A stretch of DNA of 63,899 bases, filler included, from Thelocarpon superellum (lineage: Eukaryota), in NCBI GenBank assembly GCA_026025795.1. It is 7 parts of 7 records of this genome, joined end to end, with 100 filler letters (N's around TTAATTAATTAA, not from the genome) between each part and the next. Parts side by side here need not be neighbours in the genome. Positions count along the whole stretch, not along the records: positions 38,457 to 47,880 come from JAPEUG010000566.1; positions 47,981 to 57,403 come from JAPEUG010000567.1; 5 more parts are not named here. The stretch is one strand, 5' to 3'. This document shows, piece after piece, positions 47,191 to 57,503 of this stretch. The notes beneath the pieces were generated by a model. That model saw only the letters and a list, made by a program, of their open reading frames with translations, did no database searches and had not been told where the DNA came from. Positions within the stretch are counted from its first letter, which is position 1. Each line of letters starts with the position of its first letter. The position numbers were made by a program, and so were the translations under genes.

Positions 47191-47880
47191 TCAAAAGATC
47201 TTGCTTAACACCCTCTGAACCGACTCGGACGCCTGTGACGACACCAGATCTTGCCCTTTGGACTTGACCTGGTTCTGGCGAAAGTGCCGGGGGTATCCCT
47301 TCTTCTGCGGCAGAAGGTCTGTCCGCTCACGGCGCTCAGGCCGCTCCATCTTCTCGCCTTGGCCCTCTTCCGGCTCCTCCGGACCGGGCGCTTCCCTTGC
47401 TCTCCTTGCCGCAGCCTTCCGCTGCATGCCGTCCATCATCTTCGCGCGCTCCACATTCCTCACATACTCCCTATCCTCCTTCCTCGACGCCGCGATCTCG
47501 CTGCGCAGCCGCGAGGCCCTGGCCGCATTCTCATTCGCAATCTGCTCCGTGAGATGGTGCCACTTGAAGCCACGAAGGTAGCGTATGTTCCACACGTCGT
47601 CGTGGTAGAAACTGCCCTTCCGCCCGCCGATGATGCGCGTATTCAGCGTCTCCGCGACAATCTTGGCGTCGGCCTTGTTGCGAAACTCGACCCAGCCATC
47701 CGTGAAGCTGCGTTTCTTGTTGCCGCCGGATCTGACGCGCGCCGTGTGCGACGACGGGTCTTCGGGCGTCAGGAAGATGCGGTTGATGGCCCCGAACGGA
47801 CTGAGTAGAGAGCGGAGCTTCGTCGCTTTCATGAAGGGTGGGACGCGCGAGAGGTACACCACGCCTGTCTTCGTAATCGC
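47191..47880 (-). CDS. ESF2: Pre-rRNA processing protein Esf2/ABT1 (RRM); 5' end cut
   Basis: KTGVVYLSRVPPFMK, GAINRIFL, GGNKKRSFTDGWVEF, LNTRIIGGRKGSFYHDDVWNIRYLRGFKWHHLTEQIA, VLSKIF C-terminus. Confidence 0.93.
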   Translation of the reverse strand, partial: AITKTGVVYLSRVPPFMKATKLRSLLSPFGAINRIFLTPEDPSSHTARVRSGGNKKRSFTDGWVEFRNKADAKIVAETLNTRIIGGRKGSFYHDDVWNIRYLRGFKWHHLTEQIANENAARASRLRSEIAASRKEDREYVRNVERAKMMDGMQRKAAARRAREAPGPEEPEEGQGEKMERPERRERTDLLPQKKGYPRHFRQNQVKSKGQDLVSSQASESVQRVLSKIF

Positions 47881-47980
47881 NNNNNNNNNNNNNNNNNNNN
47901 NNNNNNNNNNNNNNNNNNNNNNNNTTAATTAATTAANNNNNNNNNNNNNNNNNNNNNNNNNNNNNNNNNNNNNNNNNNNN
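47881..47980. other. Artificial contig linker
   Basis: Same spacer. Confidence 0.98.
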
Positions 47981-48531
47981 AGATGAGGTATAGATCGAGT
48001 GCAGGAAAGGGAGAGAGACACCCACCAGGCATCCCTGGCCCCCCCTTGGGCCCCTCGTATCGAATCACCACCACGGTCTTCTCGCCCTTTTTGATCTGCC
48101 CGCGCTCGAGGGCGTGAATAAAGTCGTCTTCGTCGTCATAGACCTTTGCTTTTCCCACAAACCTCGTCCCCTCCTTCCCTGTGATCTTGCCCACGCTTCC
48201 GCCCGGGGCGAGACTGCCGCGTAGGATCTGAATGTGGCCGGTGGCTTTGATCGGGTCGGAGAGCGGCCGGATGATGGTTTGGTCCGAGGGGAAGTCGGGC
48301 GCCTTCTCGAGGTTCTGCGACAGCGTCTTCCCCGTTACCGTCATCCCGCTCCCGTCGATCAAGCCCTCCTTGAGTAGCATCTTGAGCAGGGCGGGCGTGC
48401 CGCCGATCGCGTATAAGTCCGCCATGACGTATTTGCCGGACGGCTTCAGGTCGGCCAGGAAGGGCGTGCGGTCGCTGACGCGCTGAAAGTCGTCGATGGT
48501 CAGCGTGACGCCGACGGCATCCGCCATGGCG

Positions 48532-48564
<33 letters not shown>

Positions 48565-49528
48565 GTGATGTTGACCACGACCATGGCGTTCTCAAATGCC
48601 TGCCGAGTGAGGATATCGCGCGGGCGGATCTCCTCCTTCAGCAGCGCCTTGATGGCCCCGCCCGCCGCCAGACACTCCAGTTGCTTGGCACGCGATTCCG
48701 CCGGGTTGGACGACGAGCCGGGCAGGGTCATGCCCATGACTTCGATCGCCGTCGCCATCGTGTTGGCCGTGTACATGCCGCCACAGGCCCCGCTGCCCGG
48801 ACAGGCGTGCCGGACAATGTCGAATCGAACCTCTTCGCTGATCTCGCCCGTGATGAACTGCCCGTAGGCCTGAAAGGCCGAGATGATGTCAATGTCGGCG
48901 TTGTTCTGCGTCGCCGCGCATCCCGGCATGATCGAGCCGCCGTACACCATCAGCGACGGCCGGTTGACCCGGCCCATGGCCATCACCACCCCCGGCATGT
49001 TCTTGTCGCACCCCGGAATCGAGATGTTGGCGTCATACCACTGCCCGCCCATCACCGTCTCGATGGAGTCGGCGATCAGATCACGACTCTGCAGCGAATA
49101 TCGCATGCCCTTGGTGCCCATGGAGATGCCGTCGCTGACCCCCACCGTGTTGAATTGGTACCCAACCAATCCCGCCCGTTGCACGCCCTCTTTGACTCGG
49201 TGGCTGAGGTCGAGCAGGTGCATGTTGCAAGGATTCCCCGTGTGCCACACCGATGCGATGCCGACCTGAGCCTTGTCCATGTCGGACGGCTCCAACCCCG
49301 TGGCATAGAGCATGGCTTGGCTAGCCCCTTGGGACTTGGGTTGGGTGATATGTTGGCTGATGCGGTTGAGCTTAGGGGCATGTTCGGCGTGGACCCTCGT
49401 AGAGCACGACAATGATCGCCTGGGTGTGCGTCAGTCACCATGCGAGCAGTTGTGAGTGGAGGGTCTCACGCCTGACTTGTCGTGGTTCTAGAGCAAATTG
49501 CCCTGGCTCGGGGCCAGAACATGGTCAT
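47981..49528 (-). CDS. ILV3: Mitochondrial dihydroxy-acid dehydratase; 3' end cut
   Basis: Exon 1 [20 protein letters not shown] is transit-peptide-like; intron 49469-49420. Then [70 protein letters not shown], then an intron running into the linker. Confidence 0.96.
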
Positions 49529-50310
49529 CGTGCTATTGGGCTATCACTTGGGGCGATTCATCTGCCTTTCACGGAATCGACATTGCAGAGATTCGGTGAT
49601 TCGGGGTGTCATGGTACACCAGTCCCTCTGTACAAATATCGGCACGCCCTACGACTCACCGGCTTTGACCTCCGATCACGGAGGATTATGTACGCGCGAT
49701 CCCATTGGACAAGGTACTGTGGAGGCTCCAAAGGGGAGCTCGAGGCTTCTGAGTAAGCTGCCTCACGTGACCCACAATAGCTGTATATTAGAATGATGGA
49801 TAGCTTCTGTAGAATAGACCACTCATCTCCAGTGGAATAACCGGAGTGTGTCAGTACAAAAACCATGCAGCACCCGTACTCGTACGCCGTGGGCCGGGCT
49901 CTCGGTTAAGCTTCTCTGTTCCTGTGACTGGCATGACGGCGTGCAGGACGAACGACAGGATCAGGCGCCACCCATTGGACAACTGCATCAACATGGTACG
50001 CATCACTAGCGAACCGCAGGATCAAATCTATCACTCTTTCTTGAACCAGATTCTCCCAGTCTAGTGGATCGAGAGATCTTGTGACATCTAAAAACGAACC
50101 TCTACCCCATCGGTCCATCGACCGGCAAGATCCAGAACCTCAACGCCGATGCTAGATGAGGACCAACGTCAAGCACTTATATCCTGTAGCCGAGTGGATT
50201 CAGTGGCGACCGATCCCGTGCCAAGCACGCATCTCGGTAAGGGAGAACGCATTCGCCCACTGCCGGTGCGTGCCGTGCGCTGTAAGGGATTGTCGACATT
50301 TGATTTCCAG

Positions 50311-52445
50311 TCATAGCTCCTCTTCGTCGCTCTCCTCGAAGCGGACACCCCCCTCGACCTGGATCGCGTGCTGGACCCAATCTTGGGAGGCCACTTTGTC
50401 CAGGCTGAATCGTGAGCTGGCTCGTCGCAAGAGCCCCTCGACCACATGTCGGGCACCGTCCAGCTCGCCAAAGTCCCCCGGTTCGCCTCCCTCGTCGGCA
50501 AACTTGCACCAGGCCCAGTCACAGCGAGCAATGCGATGGATCGTGCGGCTCCGCATCCGCTGTTGCTCCGATGCACCCGGCAGCGGATCAAACGGCAGTC
50601 GGCCCTCCATGATGGCGTAGAGGAGTACCCCGAGCGCCCAGGCGTCGGTCTGTCGGCCATCGTACGCCTGACCCATGAGTAGCTCGGGCGCCGCGTAATC
50701 CTCGCTGCCACATCGGGTGTGTAGTTTGGGATCGGCCGGGTCAATGCGTCGTGACAAGCCCAGATCGGTCAAGGTGACGACCGCGTAGGGATAGGATCGC
50801 CAGTCCTTGACCGAGGCCAGCTGATCGTGGCGAACGTTAAGCAGGACATCTGTGGAGCATGTGAGTGCTGGAAGACGAGGTGCACGGGCACATGACACAT
50901 ACTCTCAAGTTTGATGTCCCGATGGACCACCAGTTGTGCATGCAGGTACGCCGTCGCGGCGACCAACTCGGCAAAGATCCGTCGGATTAGAGATGGCACA
51001 AGCAAGGCTTGCTGTTGACTGGCCACGTCGTACATGTCCCCGCCGGGACAGTAGCCGAGGACCAGCAGCGCACGCGTCGATTCGATGCTGAACGCCTTGA
51101 GGTGCACTAGTGACGGATGCCGCGTCGTCTTGAGAATGTCCAGCTCCCGTTTCAGCGACACGTCCAACCGCTCTTCGTCCGCTCCGCCAGCTGGGCCATG
51201 CTCGATGACCTTGACTGCCACCAGCTGTCGTGGATCAAGCTGCTGCTCATCCAGTACCACATCGCGCGCACGCGCACGCGCACGCGCACCGCCATCGATC
51301 ATCATCGGGTCGCCTTGCACATCTTGAGACGTTGCGAGAATGACGCGGCTGAAACTACCCACGCCGAGCAATCGCACGGCCTTCCACGACCGACGTTGCT
51401 GGAGTTTCACTCCCGTTGCCTCAAAGATCTCCGACGTCGTCCCGGCGACGCGCCCGTCTCCCAGCGCGGGGGACGGGGATTCCACGTCGCTCTCGGCCCC
51501 CGGATTGCTCGGCGGGGGGGTGGGAGGCTGCACCACCGGCACCGTCACGCCTCGTTCGGCCGCGACGTGCTGTTCCCGCTGAATGGCACAATCGGCCTGC
51601 AGGATGGAGTCTGCGCTCCGCGGACCGCCCGAGTCCGACACCGTGACGTGGCGCGGCCGTCGCACTTGCACGGGGTCTGGCACGTACTCGCTCACATCGC
51701 GAGTGCGGGCATGGCTATGAGTCGACAGGTTTGCCAGATGCTCGGCGTTAGCCGGCTTGGCTTCCAGTCCGGCCTTGCTCGTGATGCCATGGTAGGATTT
51801 CCGCTTCTGCTGGGAGGCCATGGCCGACGAGATGGACTCGCCATTGGCCGCGATCAGCACCGTCCCCGGCGACGACGTCGTCGACATGTCGCACGAATGC
51901 GGGCGCGAGCCTCGTCGGGTCCACGGGCCGGGCGACTGGCCAGGCAGGATGGGTGAGGGCAGCGGCGTGATGTCGACCATCGACCCGAGCGCGGGCGAGG
52001 ACAAGAGGGAAGGTGGCGTGAGCGAGGCCAAGGACCTGGCCGACGTGGTTTTGAGGCTGGGCGAGCCCACCACCAGCGCCGCGGTGGACGAGGAGCGCGG
52101 AAATTTTCCCTCCCCAATCGCCGGGCTGGCCGGGACCGCGCGGAGGGCGGAGCGTGGCAGAAGGTTGGTCTGGATGGAGAGGCCGGTTGCGACACGCTCG
52201 TGGAGCCCCGCGGGCGTTATCGGGCCTCCGACGACACGATGGCCATCGGACGAAAGGGTGGCCCCATCATCGTGGCCAACGGAAGAGGTGGGATGGGCTG
52301 TCGCGACGTCACAACGGCCGGGCGCAAGATCGTGGGAGAGCGTGGGGGGGTGAGGATCCGCACGGTCCACGGAAGGGTCGAGGGTGGCGTCAGAGCCTGT
52401 GTCGGTAGCGTAACGATCCTCCGCTGGTCGGAGGCAATCGTGCAT
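50311..52445 (-). CDS. Ser/Thr protein kinase, Prr1-like (2 exons)
   Basis: LGVGSFSRV, VAVK, HRDIKLE|NVLL (intron 50902-50850), TLTDLGLSR, TRCGSEDYAAPELLMGQAYDG..TDAWALGVLLY..EGRLPFDP, which matches the yeast Prr1 activation segment. Start codon uncertain. Confidence 0.88.
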
Positions 52446-54051
52446 GCTTTTGAGGGGGTGGTGGGTGCCGAGGGGCCCGCGATGTGCGTATTGCAGGTTG
52501 GGAGCGACGTGCACGAGAAGTCCCGCACGAATCGAGTGTGGCCAGGGCTGGTGACGATCGTGGGCCGGCGTCAAGGACCACTGGGCGAACCAGCCGGCAC
52601 GGAGTGGACGGCCGAAGCGGCGCGAGACTGGCTGCTCCCGCACCCACGCTGAGGACGGCGTAGGCACGAAAGAGGCGGGGTGAGGCGCCAGAGGAGGAAT
52701 GGAGGAGAGGCGCCAGCTAACGGCGACCTTGCTGATTATTATTTACCCGGAGTCGTTGACGTCGCATTCGTCCGATCTTCGCCTTGCACGTCCGATGTGG
52801 AGAATGACGCTGCTAGAGCATGCACTTTCCCTTCCACAGCCAGCGAGGTGGAATCCCAATGCAAGCCTGCACACACTACTAGCGACTGGTGCCGCCTGGT
52901 GTCGTCGGGTGCAGTAGTTCAGGGCCGCCCCGGGTGTAGCGCATTTCTCCGTTGAAGTTTTGGGCCTGGGCTCCTCCCTCGCGCTGGTCGCCAAAAATGG
53001 CATGACGAGCTCGCTGCTCAGTCGCTCACAAAGCGTTACGTGTATGGAACTCCGCGGGAATCTGGGTCGATGATACGCTGGAGAGGGAAAGTGACCAATC
53101 AATCAATCGCCAGTTCCGCTGGGTTTGAGGATAGCCAGTGACGGTATTCGTGCCAAGGAAATGGCGGCACGGGGTTTAGACTGAACCGCTTATTGGCCAG
53201 GACACTTTCCTTATCGTCGCCGCACCAGCGACACGGACAGTACTCGTAGTCTTTGTGCGGCTTACAACGACAACTGCGTAGGACCGACGCACCACAACTG
53301 ACAGCCAGACGCGCGACTTTCGTGATCGCCTCAGGCCGACTCTCTCTCCTGCTGGTCATCGCTGCTCTCAGAGTCATGCCGGCAATATGCCTACGAGTAC
53401 TTTATACCAGCTAGCTGCAGCGGGCAAGCCGGACGTGGCATTCGCCCAAGTCACAAGGCGGCTGCTGCTCTCGAGCTCGCATGAGCATCTTCAGAGGGTC
53501 GGTGACGTACCGCGGAGTGATGTAGAAGGCGCACGCGATGGTGGGGATGGCGGCAACGACGCAGGGTGGACAAGAGAAACAGGCCAAGAAAATGGATATA
53601 AGCGCGTTCACGTGAGAGCGTGAGAAGACGAGTACAAACGAGAGATTCTACACGGCGGAGGAGTACGGCTCCAGAATGAGTGGCGATGAGGAGCATGATA
53701 GATCCAGAGCGACGCGGTGGCAAACAGGTATGACCATATGACCAGACGGCTTAATGGCGGCCTCCTTACAATTGCTCATACGTCTGAATGTTTGGCAGCG
53801 AATGATTTCAGGATGACGAGGCACGAAAGTCGCTGCATGAAGGTGTACTGCACCTCGTCGTAAATTTGCATCGCCTTGACATACGCAAGGTTGGGTCATG
53901 TGGCATAAGTCTCGCACTAATCAGCGCAGCATTATGTTGCGGACAATTATGCCTTGCGCAAGAGATCCTCGCCGTCTGGGACATGGAAGCCAGGACAGGG
54001 TGCTTGAAAAGATGCGGACGGTCGAAAGAAGACGACGGATCCAGGCCGAGA

Positions 54052-55017
54052 TCAAGCCACAGCGCCTGGAGGGCCGACCTCGAGGCCCAGCACCCTGCCC
54101 GGCCCGACCTTTCCATCCACCGGGCTTGACATGCCGCCATTCGTCGTGACGTAAAGCCTAGTGCGGTCACGTTCCGTCCGACCAAAGGCCGCCGACGTGC
54201 TGCCGGCCACCGTGGTGTCATCCGGCCCGCCCGCGATACGGCTGCGGACACCATCGGGGCTGATCTTGATGACGGAGTTGAAGACGTGCGTGGCCAAGTA
54301 CAGCGTCCCAGCCGCGTCAAGGGCAAAATCGTCGGCGCCGCATCGATCGAAGACCGTCTCCACCGGCCCTCCCGGCTCGCCGGTCGGACTGATGGGGACC
54401 CGCAACACGATCAAGCGTTCGGTGTTGGACACGTAGACATGTTTGCCGTGGCTCTTGATGCCATTGGCCCCCGGTATAAAAGGATTCTCGGTGGTCTTGG
54501 TAAAGGCCTCGTCCTGCAGCCAGATCTTGGCTTTACCAGACGTGATGTCGATCTGGAAAATGGCTCCCAGGATCGAGTCGGCCGCCAGGAAGACGCCCTC
54601 TGATCCAGGTAGCGGAGTGGAGCCGTTAAGAAAGATGGCCTCGGGCACGTCCACGACCGTGCGCACCGTGGCCGGCGTGGTGACGTGGCCCGCGGCATCG
54701 GTGGTGAGGGTGGACACGTCGACCTCGACGATCTCAAAGGTGCCCGCACTGCCGATCGAGCCGGTGCTCACGTAGAACTTGTCGTGCCCGAGTTCGACGA
54801 TGCCGCTGATGTCTTTGGAGAACTGGTGCACCAGCACTGGTGGCGTGGACCCGAGCGGATCGAGCTGGAAGAGCTCTTTGGCCGAGTACACCGTCACCAG
54901 TAGCTCTCCCGTGTGGCGGACGGCGATGTTTTCCACGAAGAAGTTGGTGGGAAAGGCATGGATCGTGTTCAGGGAGCAAAGCTCTACCTTGCCTTCATCA
55001 TGCGGGGAACTCGCCAT
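54052..55017 (-). CDS. Six-bladed beta-propeller, SMP-30/gluconolactonase-like (EupF/AsR5-like family)
   Basis: Intronless ~321 aa: FPTNFFVENIAVRHTGELLVT, FLNGST, LAADSILGAIFQID, GANGIK, YVSNT, ADDFALDAAG.LY, VAGSTSAAFGR, LYVTTNGG. No signal peptide. Confidence 0.8.
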   Translation of the reverse strand: MASSPHDEGKVELCSLNTIHAFPTNFFVENIAVRHTGELLVTVYSAKELFQLDPLGSTPPVLVHQFSKDISGIVELGHDKFYVSTGSIGSAGTFEIVEVDVSTLTTDAAGHVTTPATVRTVVDVPEAIFLNGSTPLPGSEGVFLAADSILGAIFQIDITSGKAKIWLQDEAFTKTTENPFIPGANGIKSHGKHVYVSNTERLIVLRVPISPTGEPGGPVETVFDRCGADDFALDAAGTLYLATHVFNSVIKISPDGVRSRIAGGPDDTTVAGSTSAAFGRTERDRTRLYVTTNGGMSSPVDGKVGPGRVLGLEVGPPGAVA

Positions 55018-55120
55018 GGCCAATCGACGCCTGCACTCGGGACCGGACGGGCGGGGTGGGGGGAATTGTTCGGCAAAGACAGGAGGGTATCTTCGACGGT
55101 GTCAACCCGATATCTTGCAC

Positions 55121-55162
55121 TGATGCTCGATGATGCTCGATGATGCTCGATGATGCTCGATG
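55121..55162 (+). repeat. (TGATGCTCGA)4 decamer tandem repeat
   Basis: tgatgctcga x4 + tg, about 100 nt upstream of the propeller gene ATG. Confidence 0.9.
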
Positions 55163-55878
55163 CCCTCGCGGGCACCGACGCGGGCCAGGGCCCCGTGCTT
55201 TATCTTGTCCACGGCCAGCACAGCTGGCACAGCTGGTGCCCGGCTGCATCTTAGCACGCTGCATCTTGGCACGCTCCCCTCATCTTGGTCGTGGTTTGCA
55301 GCCGCATAGGCCGGTTGCCCCGCTATGCCCCAGCGTGGCGCAGCCGGGTTGAAGCGGCGGTTTCCGGATCGGCCTCCGATTCGCCGTCGGCGTCTGATTG
55401 GCCTGCCACCTAACCTCCTATTGTACGTCGTACTGGTGCAGCCCCTCGCTTACGCGAGCTGCCTGGATGGCAACGGCGCTGGAGCCGGCCGAATGGCGTC
55501 CACTCAGAGGGCAATCGTGCACGTACAGGTACCACGCAATGGTCACGGCCGTTCGCAGTCCCTCTGTTGCCTGCGACCCTGGCCATACTTGCAGCGAGCG
55601 GCTTGGCGTTACGACTGATCCGTCGGTCGGGGCCGGCTACCCTCCGTCCCCGATGCGTAGGTCAATCCATCATGCGGTCGGCTGCACACGACCATGTATC
55701 GAAGGGGGCTTGCCCACGTCGTCGGGGACGGAGAGTAGCCAGCGCCGACCAACGGATCGGTGACGGTCAAACGCCGAGACGGATGGATCTGGTATCTAGG
55801 ATATATAGCCTGAGGTCAAAGCAGTCGAGATGGGCTGAAATGGCACCCTGCCGCCCTTCGTCCTGGCCCTGAGTGGCG

Positions 55879-57050
55879 TCATCGGCGGCGGTGACGCTGC
55901 CGACTCCACGCCTCGACAAACGCCACTTTCTCCGCCACCCCCAGGCCAACCCGCCGCACCCGACCTAAGCGGGCCAAGGCTTCGGCCACACGCTCCAACA
56001 CCTTGCGCTCCTCCGCCGACATCTCGTCCCCGGATGCGTCGTCGCTGAGGTTGGTGAGGGTGTCGGTGCTGCTGGTCATATTCGATTCGTCCGGTGCACT
56101 GTCCATCACGTTGCTGGCGTAGCTCCCCTTCTCCCCCCCACGTGGCGAGAGCGGCTTGGGCACGTTGTAGACGCATTCCGCCATCCGCACGCGGATGCAG
56201 TGTGTCGGTCGACTGAGGAAATCCCATAAGAAGGTCCAGTAGGACGCGGGCACCGGCGTCGTGATGTCGCTCGGCGTGTATCGCAGACTGACGGGGAAGA
56301 TCTTGGCCCCCGGCGGCGCCGTGAGGAGGCTCGGACTCAAGGGGAGGGTGCCGCGCCCGTTGGTGGTGGTACACTCCGGGAAGACCACGACGATGCGCTC
56401 GGGATGGTCCCGCAATAACGTTCGCACGTCCACCAGTCGCACCTCCGCCGGAGGGTGGACTTGTGGGGCGCCAAACGCGCGCATGATGGCCTCCAGCAGC
56501 GAGATGCGCTGCACGTGGCGGGTGTGGGGGAAGGAGGCCGTAAAGATGGGATCGAAGATGGCGGCGAGGTAGAGGGGATCAATCGGCGAGGTGAAGGACG
56601 AAGCGATCAGATCGCCGGGCTGTGGCAGTCGCAGCGCGTGATGCTTGGCCAGCGAGCTAGAGCGCCGTCAATGATGGTCGACGACCACTCGACACGCCCG
56701 GCAAGAGGAGTCTCACCCTTTCTTGACCCCATCAATCTGCAGATCCACCCACCATACCCCCGGCACGCCCAGGATAATCCATAATAACGCCTTCTTCGCC
56801 AACGATCCGAGCGGAAGCCACTGGAGGAGGAGAAAGTAGCCCACGGTGCAGGTGAGGAAGATCGGCAGTCGGAGAATGAATAGGAAGATGTGCAGCGGTA
56901 GTCGGTTGCCGGAGGCTTGGGGGGGAATCGGAAAGAAGGGCGTGATTCCGGTACCTGGAGAGAAAGGTTACTGCCACAATCGACACGAGACCTGTCCGCA
57001 CGAGGAAAGATGACCGTACCTCGATCTCGAAACTGAGAATACTTCTCCAT
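55879..57050 (-). CDS. LOA1: Lysophosphatidic acid acyltransferase Loa1/Vps66 (3 exons)
   Basis: MEKYSQFRDR|GTGITPFFP start, TM segment, GVPGVWWVDLQIDGVKKG|, SFTSPIDPLYLAAIFDP, VFPECTTTNGRGTL and RRVGLGVAEKVAF are typical of the Vps66/Loa1 family. Confidence 0.88.
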
Positions 57051-57403
57051 CACGAAGCATACGTGAAAATGGCGAGCTTGTCGGCTAGACGTACATGGTC
57101 CGGCCGGACGGGTACCGGGCGGAGATGAGGGTAACGGAAGGTGAAGAAGAGGGATGGAGAAGGGATGAATTACACGAAGAGAGCGACCATCATTCGAGCA
57201 GCATTCAGGAGGTTGGAGTTCGACAAGTACCAGTACTGGACCAGGACTGACCCGATCGACCAGGATGGACGGGCGACAACGGCAGTCTGTCACATGCCAG
57301 ATCTCCACGTACCTTCGTACCACGCACGTCTACCAATCATGCGCGGCAACGCGGGACTGAGTCAGGAGGGTCCATGGCTCGCGAAAAATCGAAGAGTCCC
57401 GGG

Positions 57404-57503
57404 NNNNNNNNNNNNNNNNNNNNNNNNNNNNNNNNNNNNNNNNNNNNTTAATTAATTAANNNNNNNNNNNNNNNNNNNNNNNNNNNNNNNNNNNNNNNNN
57501 NNN
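57404..57503. other. Artificial contig linker
   Basis: Same spacer. Confidence 0.98.

Noticed and set aside
48537..49415. 292-aa plus-strand ORF, and similar antisense ORFs over the hexokinase, kinase and RING genes
   Set aside because: Antisense shadows of well-supported genes in GC-rich DNA.
49420..49528. Apparent non-ATG start or frameshift at the ILV3 N-terminus
   Set aside because: Resolved by a normal 50-nt intron (49469-49420) and an in-frame ATG exon encoding a transit peptide.
47191..57050. ESF2-ILV3 or any cross-linker 'cluster'; ILV3-kinase-propeller-LOA1 as a biosynthetic cluster
   Set aside because: Cross-linker adjacency is artificial. Within piece 6 there is no backbone enzyme (PKS, NRPS or terpene cyclase), and ILV3 looks like the housekeeping mitochondrial copy rather than a self-resistance duplicate.
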